A stretch of 63,922 nucleotides of DNA, the filler included, from Octopus bimaculoides (lineage: Eukaryota), in NCBI RefSeq assembly GCF_001194135.2. It is 6 parts of 5 records of this genome, joined end to end, with 100 filler letters (N's around TTAATTAATTAA, not from the genome) between each part and the next. Parts side by side here need not be neighbours in the genome. Positions count along the whole stretch, not along the records: positions 26,100 to 41,132 come from NC_068988.1; 5 more parts are not named here. One strand, written 5' to 3'. A model generated the notes under the pieces. It made no database searches. It was given only the letters and a program-made list of their open reading frames with translations, and was not told the DNA's origin. The translations under genes were made by a program, and so were the position numbers. Below are positions 27,391 to 39,310 of the stretch, in pieces. The number at the start of each line of letters is the position of its first letter. Within the stretch, counting starts at the first letter, position 1.

Positions 27391-29178
27391 TAATATCAGA
27401 CACCATCTGCTTCGAACATTTTACCAGTTTGCAGGAAGTGACAAATTGTCTGTGAGTATTGGAACTGAACGAAATTTGATCTAAAGAAGAAATTTAACAT
27501 TTTCGTTTGGACCGCCGTTAAATTCTAGACCTCGGGTATCCTTCCAATTGTGTCACTATACATTATTGGCATCACTGGAATGGTACTAGAAAGTGGTAGA
27601 AAAGGGTCTGTTAAAAGTAAGCAGCACTAACAGTCTACCTTGGGCTCAAAGTTAAGATGCTAAAGTGATTTCAAACTTCTGTGTCTTTGTTTTTCTCAAA
27701 TCACCAAATAAAATTCTTCGTCTGTAGTAAAGACTCGATCCAACTAACGATCCATTTGCCGTTAATCATAATGTCAGATAATGCATTATTGTACTTTCGT
27801 TCATGCTCACACTTGAAGGATGTAAAAATGGTTTTGGTAAGGCGTTGTCATGCCTTCAGTTTTTCATTTTCCCAAGAATATTGCTCGTTCGGTCAAAGTA
27901 TGCTCCTCTCTTACTTTCTACCCCTCCCCCTTTATCCTTCTCCCTCCCCCTTCCACTCTGACTCTATCTCTGTCTGTCTGTCTGTCTCTGTCTGTCTGTC
28001 TGTCTCTGTCTGTCTGTCTCTGTCTGTCTGTCTGTCTCTGTCTGTCTGTCTGTCTCTGTCTGTCTCTGTCTGTCTGTCTGTCTCTGTCTGTCTCTCTGTC
28101 TNNNNNNNNNNNNNNNNNNNNNNNNNNNNNNNNNNNNNNNNNNNNNNNNNNNNNNNNNNNNNNNNNNNNNNNNNNNNNNNNNNNNNNNNNNNNNNNNNNN
28201 NNNNNNNNNNNNNNNNNNNNNNNNNNNNNNNNNNNNNNNNNNNNNNNNNNNNNNNNNNNNNNNNNNNNNNNNNNNNNNNNNNNNNNNNNNNNNNNNNNNN
28301 NNNNNNNNNNNNNNNNNNNNNNNNNNNNNNNNNNNNNNNNNNNNNNNNNNNNNNNNNNNNNNNNNNNNNNNNNNNNNNNNNNNNNNNNNNNNNNNNNNNN
28401 NNNNNNNNNNNNNNNNNNNNNNNNNNNNNNNNNNNNNNNNNNNNNNNNNNNNNNNNNNNNNNNNNNNNNNNNNNNNNNNNNNNNNNNNNNNNNNNNNNNN
28501 NNNNNNNNNNNNNNNNNNNNNNNNNNNNNNNNNNNNNNNNNNNNNNNNNNNNNNNNNNNNNNNNNNNNNNNNNNNNNNNNNNNNNNNNNNNNNNNNNNNN
28601 NNNNNNNNNNNNNNNNNNNNNNNNNNNNNNNNNNNNNNNNNNNNNNNNNNNNNNNNNNNNNNNNNNNNNNNNNNAACACACGCTCTTGCTATCTGTATGT
28701 GTATATCTCTGGGCGCGCGCGTGCTTATGTGTGTGTGAACGTGTGTGTATGTTTGCTACCAAACATAAAAAGTACTGTCACCAAAAAAAAAAAGTTGAAT
28801 AGCCAGTCTGCTGCGCCACATCGTCAGCGTCCAAACAGCAGCGCCCAAGCGTCTCGTTTCCCTTCTCTACAATTGCTTGAACATACTTGCAGGCCTGGCA
28901 CTGAGAGCTTTGGGGAGGGCACTGAGAGCTTTGGGTCAACCAAAGCTTGAAAGCGGATTTAGTAGACAGAAACTGAAAGAGTCCGCCACCCGTAGCATAT
29001 ATACATTCTCTGTGGGACAAACTCGTAGTTCAGGCTTCCACACTAGAAGTCACTTGATGCGACCCTCTGGCATCAGTCTGCCCATTGGCGTCGCCGAGCG
29101 ATGTCGTACTGCCACTGGTGCATATTTGTTTTGCAGTGCTTCTCCCCCACATACATACATACATATATATATATATAA

Positions 29179-29348
29179 GACGCAAGAGTGGGTGTGTAAT
29201 AAGTAGCTTGCTTACCAACCACATGGTTCCGGGTTCAGTCCCACTGCGTGGCACCTTGGGCAAGTGTCTTCTACTATAGCCTCGGGCCGACCAAAACCTT
29301 GTGAGTGGATTTGGTAGATGGAAACTGAAAGAAGCCCGTCGTATATAT

Positions 29349-29384
<36 letters not shown>

Positions 29385-29598
29385 ATATGTTTGTGTGTCT
29401 GTTTGTCCCCACAACATCGTTTGACAACCGATGCTGGTGTGTTTACGTCTCCGTATTCTAGCGGTTCGGCAAAAGGACCCGATAGAATAAGTTCTAGGCT
29501 TACAAAGAATAGGTCCTGGGGTCGATTTGCTCGACTAAAAGCGGTGCTCCACCATAGCCGCAGTCAAATGACTGAAACAAGTAAAAGAGTAAAAGAGT
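29179..29598 (+). mobile_element. Full SINE: tRNA-like head, internal (TA)n/(TG)n microsatellite, 3' body ending in AAAGAGT repeats
   Basis: AAGTAGCTTGCTTACCAACCACATGGTTCCGGGTTCAGTCCCACTGCGTGGC head (B-box-like GGTTCAGTCCC); body recurs many times in the window. Confidence 0.9.
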
Positions 29599-29644
29599 AT
29601 AAATGTATATATATATCTTACTCTTTTATATATATATATATATA

Positions 29645-29702
<58 letters not shown>

Positions 29703-29943
29703 AAGTGTGTGTCTGTGTGTTTGGGCGCGCGTGTATAAATATGGAAGTATATATGCTTTATTTGTAGGAGTAACTGAGTCCGTGCAGCGGTGGTGGAGGT
29801 GGATGTGAGCCAAAAACCGGAAACTGAATAGATTTAAGAATGAAAATTGAATTCAACATTTCTATTTAAAGATAATTTATTAAAACTGATGCGGATTATG
29901 ATGATGGCAGTGGTGATGGTGACGATAATAATACACACACACA

Positions 29944-30288
29944 CACCACATGGTCCCGGGTTCGGTCCCACTGCGTGGCATCTTGGGCAAGTGTCTTCTA
30001 CTATAGCCTCGGGCTGACCAAAGCCTTGTGAGTGGATTTGGTAGGCGGAAACTGAAAGAAGCCCGTCGTATGTATGGATATATATATATGTATGTGTGTG
30101 TTTGTGTGTCTGTGTTTGTCCCCCTAGCATTGCTTGACAACCGATGCTGGTGTGTTTATGTCCCCGTAACTTAGCGGTTCGGCAAAAGGACCCGATAGAA
30201 TAAGTACTAGGCTTACACAGAATAAGTCCCGGGGTCGATTTGCTCGACTAAAGGTGGTGCTCCAGCATGGCCGCAATCAAATGACTGN
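29944..30288 (+). mobile_element. Second copy of the internal-microsatellite SINE, slightly 5' truncated
   Basis: High similarity to 29179-29598. Confidence 0.9.
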
Positions 30289-30297
30289 NNNNNNNNN

Positions 30298-30452
30298 CTT
30301 CTTCCAGTTTCCGTCTACGAAATCCACACACAAGGCTCTGGTCGGCCTGAAGCTATGGCAGTAGACACTGCCCAAGGTGCCACGCAGTGGGACTGAAACC
30401 GGAATCATATGGTTGGGAAGCAAGCTTATTACCACACAGCTACGCCTGCGTC
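30298..30452 (-). mobile_element. SINE head in inverted orientation
   Basis: CTTCTTCCAGTTTCCGTCTAC..TGCCACGCAGTGGGACTGAA is the reverse complement of the 29179 head. Confidence 0.88.
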
Positions 30453-32674
30453 TTAGATATATGTATACATACATACGTACACACATACATACATACATAC
30501 ATGCATACATACATACATACATACATACATACCTACATATATACATACATACATACACACACACATACATACATACATACATACATACATACATACCTAC
30601 ATACATACATACATACATACATATATACATACATACATACCTACAGGCATACGTACATACATACATACATACATACACACATACAAGCATGCATGCATAC
30701 ACACATCCACGCATGCATACGTACATATACGTTATGTACGTACGTTTGTGTGTGCGTATGTATGCATGTGTGTCTGCGCATGTATTGAGGTATGGGTGTG
30801 TATCTATATATATATATGTGTGTGTGTGTGTGCGTGTTCCATCAATTTGACCGTATCCCCCCCTTCCCTCCTGTATATCATTCTCTCTGTGATGCGAACC
30901 TTTCATAGTTCTTCCGAAACTGCTTTTGTTTTTCATTTTTCGGTCTTTCTATTCATAATTACTATCGTTACTATTGCAGTCATTTCGCTCCTGATTACGA
31001 ATAGCTATAATCAAAGACATTCCGGCCGTGTCCATTCCATAAAGATCCTCTTTATCTCAATAAATGCTACATTGACTAATGCAGTTAATTACCCATACAC
31101 ATTGTTTTCAAAGATGGTTTGTCGAGAATTTGAGGTAAATTTGACTGCTATTTCTAGCACATCGAGTGACCGCATAAAGGGAGCGATTCCCTTCTTCGTC
31201 ATATTACACATAAATTATTTATTTCTCTTGGTTGCTGGCGACCAACTGAAGGGAAAAGAAGGAAGTAACCATTGTAATGGACCCCATCTCCCACCGTGGT
31301 TGATCTCTGGGCAAGGGCGTGGCCAGCTAAGCGTTAACTGCAAAGGAAGTGAATGGTTACTTTAGACAGATTGACCGACAAATCTAAAGGATTTAGCAGG
31401 GGCGGTTACTTTTCTTTCCCCGCCCTTAAGCCCAGTACGTTGTTCATGGTCTGTCATTGGACAAATTACTGACTACCCCTCCCTCCTTCTCTCTCACGCT
31501 CTCTCTCCCTCCCTCTGTCTCGCTGCTCGCCATTGCACTGGGCATCCCGCAAATACACAACTGCAAACCGCACGTCGTTTCCTTGTTTCAGTCGCTGCGC
31601 TGCGGCCGTGCTGGAGCACCGCCTTTACTGGTTTTTGGTCGAACGCATCGATCCCCCAGCTCTTATTTTTTTAAAGCCTGCAACTTATCGTANNNNNNNN
31701 NNNNNNNNNNNNNNNNNNNNNNNNNNNNNNNNNNNNNNNNNNNNNNNNNNNNNNNNNNNNNNNNNNNNNNNNNNNNNNNNNNNNNNNNNNNNNNNNNNNN
31801 NNNNNNNNNNNNNNNNNNNNNNNNNNNNNNNNNNNNNNNNNNNNNNNNNNNNNNNNNNNNNNNNNNNNNNNNNNNNNNNNNNNNNNNNNNNNNNNNNNNN
31901 NNNNNNNNNNNNNNNNNNNNNNNNNNNNNNNNNNNNNNNNNNNNNNNNNNNNNNNNNNNNNNNNNNNNNNNNNNNNNNNNNNNNNNNNNNNNNNNNNNNN
32001 NNNNNNNNNNNNNNNNNNNNNNNNNNNNNNNNNNNNNNNNNNNNNNNNNNNNNNNNNNNNNNNNNNNNNNNNNNNNNNNNNNNNNNNNNNNNNNNNNNNN
32101 NNNNNNNNNNNNNNNNNNNNNNNNNNNNNNNNNNNNNNNNNNNNNNNNNNNNNNNNNNNNNNNNNNNNNNNNNNNNNNNNNNNNNNNNNNNNNNNNNNNN
32201 NNNNNNNNNNNNNNNNNNNNNNNNNNNNNNNNNNNNNNNNNNNNNNNNNNNNNNNNNNNNNNNNNNNNNNNNNNNNNNNNNNNNNNNNNNNNNNNNNNNN
32301 NNNNNNNNNNNNNNNNNNNNNNNNNNNNNNNNNNNNNNNNNNNNNNNNNNNNNNNNNNNNNNNNNNNNNNNNNNNNNNNNNNNNNNNNNNNNNNNNNNNN
32401 NNNNNNNNNNNNNNNNNNNNNNNNNNNNNNNNNNNNNNNNNNNNNNNNNNNNNNNNNNNNNNNNNNNNNNNNNNNNNNNNNNNNNNNNNNNNNNNNNNNN
32501 NNNNNNNNNNNNNNNNNNNNNNNNNNNNNNNNNNNNNNNNNNNNNNNNNNNNNNNNNNNNNNNNNNNNNNNNNNNNNNNNNNNNNNNNNNNNNNNNNNNN
32601 NNNNNNNNNNNNNNNNNNNNNNNNNNNNNNNNNNNNNNNNNNNNNNNNNNNNNNNNNNNNNNNNNNNNNNNNNN

Positions 32675-32705
<31 letters not shown>

Positions 32706-32714
32706 TGATGGACT

Positions 32715-32985
32715 CTCACGTCGTTAGACGACGTATGAGGGTTCGACAGTTTCTTACCGAAGAACTACACGTGATTTGTTTATAGTGATCAAATGTTTGT
32801 GAAGGCATAAGCTCACCCCCTCACTCAGATTGACATTACCTGTACAGGTGCAACAGGTGCCACATGTAAGATGCCGAAATGAAGTGCTTCTGCTCAAGAA
32901 CACAATGCAACGTCTGCTCTGGGAATCGAGCCCACGTTCTCGAAATCGAGCGTACAACACCCTAACCACTGAGCCATTCGCCCTC
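32715..32985 (-). mobile_element. tRNA-headed SINE, further family
   Basis: Head remnant GCTCAAGAACACAATGC..GGGAATCGAGCCCACG..CCCTAACCACTGAGCCA (reverse-complement A and B boxes). Confidence 0.75.
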
Positions 32986-33068
32986 ACACACGTATACACA
33001 CACACACACACACACACATATATACACACACATATAAATTTAAATAAAGATGTATTATTACCCTACTG

Positions 33069-33113
<45 letters not shown>

Positions 33114-33837
33114 NNNNNNNNNNNNNNNNNNNNNNNNNNNNNNNNNNNNNNNNNNNNNNNNNNNNNNNNNNNNNNNNNNNNNNNNNNNNNNNNNNNNNNN
33201 NNNNNNNNNNNNNNNNNNNNNNNNNNNNNNNNNNNNNNNNNNNNNNNNNNNNNNNNNNNNNNNNNNNNNNNNNNNNNNNNNNNNNNNNNNNNNNNNNNNN
33301 NNNNNNNNNNNNNNNNNNNNNNNNNNNNNNNNNNNNNNNNNNNNNNNNNNNNNNNNNNNNNNNNNNNNNNNNNNNNNNNNNNNNNNNNNNNNNNNNNNNN
33401 NNNNNNNNNNNNNNNNNNNNNNNNNNNNNNNNNNNNNNNNNNNNNNNNNNNNNNNNNNNNNNNNNNNNNNNNNNNNNNNNNNNNNNNNNNNNNNNNNNNN
33501 NNNNNNNNNNNNNNNNNNNNNNNNNNNNNNNNNNNNNNNNNNNNNNNNNNNNNNNNNNNNNNNNNNNNNNNNNNNNNNNNNNNNNNNNNNNNNNNNNNNN
33601 NNNNNNNNNNNNNNNNNNNNNNNNNNNNNNNNNNNNNNNNNNNNNNNNNNNNNNNNNNNNNNATATTTCAGTATCTGTCCCCCATCATCGCTTGACAATC
33701 GGCAAAATTGACAAAATTGAGTACTGGGGGCAATGTATTCATCTGATAATATACTTCAATGCCGTGCTCAATCAAAGGACTGAAACAAGCAAAAGATAAA
33801 AAAATTATATATATATATATATATATATACCATAATA

Positions 33838-34090
33838 AAGAAACGCCATCTCAGATGGTATGGGCATGTCACCCGCTCATCAGGGATGGCCAAACAATCC
33901 ACCAGGGAATAGTCAAAGGTTGTAGACATAGAGGCAGACAGAGAGAGATTAGAAAACAGCATCTGTGAGTGGACAGGTGTAAAGAAGAGAGACGCCGTGC
34001 GAGTGGCAGAAGGTAGAGACGGTTGGCGGGATCTGGTCGGCAAGTCATCGGTGTTGTTCCAACGGTCCCCCAGGTTACGGGATATGTAGT
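33838..34090 (+). mobile_element. 3' end of an RTE (BovB-like) LINE
   Basis: KRHLRWYGHVTRSSG..IHQGIVKGCRHRGRQ..ENSICEWTG..VRVAEGRDGWRDLV, a typical RTE ORF C-terminus. Confidence 0.85.
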
Positions 34091-34149
34091 GTAATATATA
34101 TACGTGCTGTTGGCGATTTCTTTTTCTCTTTTTGACTTCTGCCTTTCTC

Positions 34150-34184
34150 CATTCCGACGAAGAGCTATGCTCGAAACGTCAAGC
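34150..34184 (+). ncRNA. Degenerate minimal hammerhead motif in a solo Penelope-type terminal repeat (about 34100-34230)
   Basis: TT-CCGACGA-A-GAGC(tat)GCTC-GAAA-CGT-C-AA; U4 replaced by C, stem I only 2 bp. Confidence 0.5.
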
Positions 34185-34753
34185 TCTCTCTTTTCACTGA
34201 GCGAACATTCGAAATTAAGTCTAGGTGAATCTAGCCGAAGAGAACTAATCAAATTTACGTTAACAAATGTAATTTGGAAACTTCAAAACTCGGTCCTAGA
34301 TTATAAACATCTGGGTTGTACATTTATTTAATGTTCTTCCTACAGGTAAGATGTAACTGTTTATGTTCACCGCCCGCAAACATCTTTGCCAGTACGCAAA
34401 CAACGAGAGAAACAAATGGAAAACAGTACAAGTAACACAAAAAACGACCCTTCATCAGTTATCGGCTGTCTATCTACTCCTCATTTCGAGCATATATATA
34501 TATATACATATATATTCTTGTACGTGTTTTAGTCAGACTGTGGCCATGCTGTGACATTCCGCGTTTGTCCATATCTTTACTCGATTGCTGGCATTTATTA
34601 ACGATTTCTCACATAGTTTTGATGCGCTATTTTCTATCATTAGTAAAGCTGCGGGCATTTTTTAGGACACGGGTATACTACTGGTGCACTAGTCTGCTAT
34701 AATAGTACTCTATCAGTACACAACAATGGTATAATAGTTTAGTTGCTTAAAGA

Positions 34754-34911
34754 ATAAACATGCTAGCATTTTCGATGCAACAATAGCAAACTATGTAAAC
34801 ATGTAAAGATCTATGGCGGAAGCAATAATCGCAGAACTGCAACAGATCTCCGCGTAAACATATAAACAAGCGCAGATGTTATCTGTAGAATTTAGTGTAA
34901 ACATATAAACA
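34754..34911 (+). promoter_or_regulatory. Candidate enhancer: six same-strand Forkhead-type RTAAACA motifs
   Basis: ATAAACA at 34754, 34862 and 34905; GTAAACA at 34795, 34854 and 34897; about 4.3 kb upstream of the vg-like ATG. Function inferred only. Confidence 0.35.
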
Positions 34912-34975
34912 AACGGCGAGAAAGTAAACTTCGAAACATGGCGACTGGCTTAAGCTTCACATTCCTCACATTTTG

Positions 34976-35021
<46 letters not shown>

Positions 35022-36714
35022 TGTGTGTGTGTGTGTGTATGGGTGTATAATGTGTGTGTATGTATGCGTGTATGTTTGTGTATGTGTGTGAATGTGCATG
35101 TGTGTATGTGTGTATGTGTGTCTATGTATGTGTGTTTGTGTGTATGTATGTGTGTGTTTATGTGTGTATAAGTGTGTGTACATGTGTGTGTATGTGTATG
35201 TGTATGCGTACTCAACAATGTTCATCTTTGTATAAACGTGCATGCATCTACACCTGTGCGTTCGTACCTGCATGCATTTATAAGCACGTGTGTGTGTATG
35301 TGTGTGTGCTTAACATGTGGTATCATTTCAGTACAAATGGATCTATGTATATATTACATATATGTATATGTTTTAAAATCGATGCACGCATTTCTATGCA
35401 TGGACGAGTGCAGACATATCTACACAGCATCAGTGTTTATATATTTTATACATACATACATGTGTATGTGTGTGTTTGTNNNNNNNNNNNNNNNNNNNNN
35501 NNNNNNNNNNNNNNNNNNNNNNNNNNNNNNNNNNNNNNNNNNNNNNNNNNNNNNNNNNNNNNNNNNNNNNNNNNNNNNNNNNNNNNNNNNNNNNNNNNNN
35601 NNNNNNNNNNNNNNNNNNNNNNNNNNNNNNNNNNNNNNNNNNNNNNNNNNNNNNNNNNNNNNNNNNNNNNNNNNNNNNNNNNNNNNNNNNNNNNNNNNNN
35701 NNNNNNNNNNNNNNNNNNNNNNNNNNNNNNNNNNNNNNNNNNNNNNNNNNNNNNNNNNNNNNNNNNNNNNNNNNNNNNNNNNNNNNNNNNNNNNNNNNNN
35801 NNNNNNNNNNNNNNNNNNNNNNNNNNNNNNNNNNNNNNNNNNNNNNNNNNNNNNNNNNNNNNNNNNNNNNNNNNNNNNNNNNNNNNNNNNNNNNNNNNNN
35901 NNNNNNNNNNNNNNNNNNNNNNNNNNNNNNNNNNNNNNNNNNNNNNNNNNNNNNNNNNNNNNNNNNNNNNNNNNNNNNNNNNNNNNNNNNNNNNNNNNNN
36001 NNNNNNNNNNNNNNNNNNNNNNNNNNNNNNNNNNNNNNNNNNNNNNNATATATATATATATATATATATACATACAAACACACGTGTGTGTGTGTGTTGG
36101 CTGGTGTGTGCTGACTCGCTGAGTTGATGAATGAAAAGGTGTTTCTTGGACTGCATGAAGACGAAACTGACAATATCCGCGAACATTTAACAGAATATTC
36201 GATTATTGCGCACAGAGTGAAACTGTGTTGATCTTTTACAAATAACAACAGCAATAATTACACACAGGGAGAGAGAGATTGCTTAGAGTTTGTGGTAAGT
36301 TTACTGATACAACATGTGGATGAAACTAGAAACTAGAACATAGACCGATCATGTGAAACTATTGTGGTTTGGTCGTGATGCATGACAGGTTACCTCTCGC
36401 TTCGGATTCGAATCACCGTTACATATGTATATATACTTACATCTTTTGTGTTCCGCTAAATTATTCATTTATATTTGATTGCTTACTTAAATTTTTTTGT
36501 ACCATTTAGTTCAGTTGTTGGACTAAAGGAAAGCACTACAAGTTCAAGTAATTTTAGGAACGAAACTTTTCAAGCGATATCATCGGTGATATCATTTGTA
36601 TATAAACCAAAGTGACTGAACTCTAAGCATTAAAGGTGTAGTTACAAGTAAAATGATAATTATGGAAAAGAGAATCCAAAAGAAATGTCTAAATTGGTTT
36701 TATTAACTGAATTA

Positions 36715-36833
36715 TCTTCAAGCTCGTATTGCGGATTTCCGTTCGTACTTCAAGACAAAAATTCGCACGAGTTTCGGCTCGTATAGCAAATTACTCGTAT
36801 AATGGGGCACTCGTACTGCGAGGTTTTACTGTA
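36715..36833. mobile_element. One end of a Tigger/pogo-type element
   Basis: Reverse complement begins TA-CAGTAAAACCTCGCAGTACGAG with repeated subterminal TACGAG motifs. Confidence 0.6.
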
Positions 36834-38184
36834 TTAGAAATTGCATTTTTTTTAAAAGAACGTTAAAATATTTTATATGTTGCAGATGTACATAGAAGCA
36901 ATTTATTGCGTATAAATTTCGACGACGAAATCTTATATTGACCTCCAGGGGTCATACGGATCCCGATTAAAAACCACTGGTCCCATGTCCCTGTTTCGCC
37001 CTTCTTTCCTACTTTTTTTCCCCCACACTCAACTCTTACTCACTCTGCTCAGTCTTGTTCCTCTCTTTCACCAAACCTCATTCTCTTTGTCTCTTTCTCT
37101 CTCTCACCGTCTCGCTCTGACTTCATCTCGTTTCACTAATTCCTCCCCCCCTCCCCTTACCTCTTTCTTCTTTCCCCTCTTCCCGCTACCTTTCTACGTC
37201 TGTCCCCTCCCCTTCTTCCCCCTCTTCCTCCCCTCTTCCCCTCTTCCTCCCCTCTTCCCCCATCTTCCTCCCCTCTTCCCCCCTCTTCCNNNNNNNNNNN
37301 NNNNNNNNNNNNNNNNNNNNNNNNNNNNNNNNNNNNNNNNNNNNNNNNNNNNNNNNNNNNNNNNNNNNNNNNNNNNNNNNNNNNNNNNNNNNNNNNNNNN
37401 NNNNNNNNNNNNNNNNNNNNNNNNNNNNNNNNNNNNNNNNNNNNNNNNNNNNNNNNNNNNNNNNNNNNNNNNNNNNNNNNNNNNNNNNNNNNNNNNNNNN
37501 NNNNNNNNNNNNNNNNNNNNNNNNNNNNNNNNNNNNNNNNNNNNNNNNNNNTTCCCACTTAACTTCTCCTTGTTCCGGAAAGTAATTTCTTCTCTCAAAG
37601 ACTCAACCCCACCCCTTTCCCATCCGCCCTCACACTCGCCTCATTCGTTTACGCTTCTCACTCCCACACTTTCTCACACCCTCCCTCCCAAGTTCTTTCA
37701 CTCCTCCTCCTCCTAATGCCCCCTCAGACCGACACTCCACCTGCCAGCACTCAAATACTCTCTCTCTCTCTCACTTTCTCTTTACTTCCTTACACCTCTG
37801 TCTTTCTCTCTCTCCCACCCCAAACTCGCCTCAGTCTCTCTCTCTTACTTACCCTCTATCTCGCTCACTCACTCTCTCTCTCTCTCCCCCTCTCTCATCC
37901 TCCCTTTCTTTCACACAGTTACCCTCTTTACTTCCTTTAGTTTCCTCTTCCTTTCCCTTTCATCTTTTACCATTGTTATATTTTCTCCTTCTCAACCGGA
38001 ACATCGTTTTTTGGCTCTCAAGAGTTTACTCCGTCCACTCCAGACAAAATATTTACTCCTCTCACTCAAGTTCCTCTCACTCAAGCTCCTCTCACCTCAC
38101 TCTCCTCTCACACACCCACACAAACACACAAACACACACAGAGATTCACCTATTTCTTCTTTTACACAATATTTTCTCTCCCCC

Positions 38185-38600
38185 TCTCTCTCTGACTCTT
38201 ACCTCTCACCACTTTCCCCGTACCCCCTTCTTATTCTTTGCCCCTCTCTCTCTCTCTCTTTGATTCTTACGCCTCCAATCACTTCCCATTATCTCCCCTT
38301 CTCTTTCTGACTTTACGCCTCTTACCACTCCACACAATATCACCCACTTTCTCTCGGTCTCTTTCACCTCCTACCACTTCTCATCGTCTCTCCCCTCTCT
38401 CTGATTCTTACACCTCCCACCACTTCTCATTATGTTTCTCTCTCTCTCTCTCTCTGATTCTTATACCTCCTACCACTTCTCATTATGTTTCTCTCTCTCT
38501 CTCTCTCTGATTCTTATACCTCCTACCACTTATTATTAATCTCCCCCTCTCTCTGACTCTTACACCTCCAACCACTTCTCACTATCTTCCCCTCACTCTG
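38185..38600. repeat. Pyrimidine-rich minisatellite, about 8 units of about 50 bp
   Basis: Unit consensus CTGATTCTTAYACCTCCTACCACTTCTCATTAT plus (CT)n; best copies at 38400, 38455, 38507 and 38553. Confidence 0.8.
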
Positions 38601-39098
38601 TGTCTAACAGCAACTGATCTTTTTGTTTCTCCTTTTCCCCCACTCCCTCTCTTTCTCTTGCACAATCACTCTCTCACCTCCCCCTCTCTGCATCTCTCTC
38701 TCTCTCTCTCTCTCTGAGTGCAACATCCCTCCATCTAACACATTCTTTCCTCTGCAGCAGCACCAATTTCTTTGCTTTGCTTCAATATAATTAGTAACTC
38801 AGTAACTCATAAAACAAACAAACAAACAAAAACTTTTCCCTTCGTTCTCTTTTACATATATTTTCATCGGAACAAACACTTCCATTTCTCATTCTCTCTC
38901 TCTCTCTCTCTCACTCTCTCTCTCTCTCTCTCTCTCTCTTTCGTTCTCTCTTTCTCTCACTCAATCTTTCATTTTCGTTATCTACCTCTAACTCTCCCCT
39001 TCTCTCTCTTTCTGTCTCTCTCTGTCTGTCCCTCTCTCTTACTCTCTCTCAAATCTATCTGTCGTCTGCTCCAGACAGAAAGAAAGAAAAAACAAAAA

Positions 39099-39164
39099 AT
39101 GTTAGCAGAAGCTAGCTGTGAAAATAAGGTGCAACTAAACGCATCATCTCGAATCTCACCATAA
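39099..39164 (+). promoter_or_regulatory. uORF MLAEASCENKVQLNASSRISP*; its stop overlaps the main start (TAATG)
   Basis: ATG at 39099 (A at -3), 21 sense codons, TAA at 39162-39164 sharing its last A with the ATG at 39164-39166. Requires that this stretch is in the mRNA. Confidence 0.55.
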
Positions 39165-39310
39165 TGTCATGTGTGGATGTCATGTATCAACTCTACCCTT
39201 CCTATCTCTCCTATAAAGGGGCTAATTCAGATGACACAACGGCTGCATCTATTGCAACCGCTGCTGCAGTTGCAGCGGTTGCCGCCTCCAACAACACTAG
39301 CGGTGCACAG
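39164..39310 (+). CDS. vg: First coding exon of a vestigial-like (vg/VGLL2-3 class) TEAD/Scalloped cofactor; 49 codons, phase-0 intron follows
   Basis: MSCVDVMYQLYPSY matches the family N-terminus as I recall it (VGLL2 MSCLDVMYQ, VGLL3 MSCAEVMY, fly vg SCPEVMY). Strong donor CAG/GTAAGA at 39311; vertebrate VGLL2/3 exon 1 also ends on Gln as I recall. TONDU exon not seen in the window. Confidence 0.88.

Noticed and set aside
38185-38600. CRISPR-like regular repeat
   Set aside because: Eukaryotic context, no unique spacers and no cas genes; it is a degenerate minisatellite.
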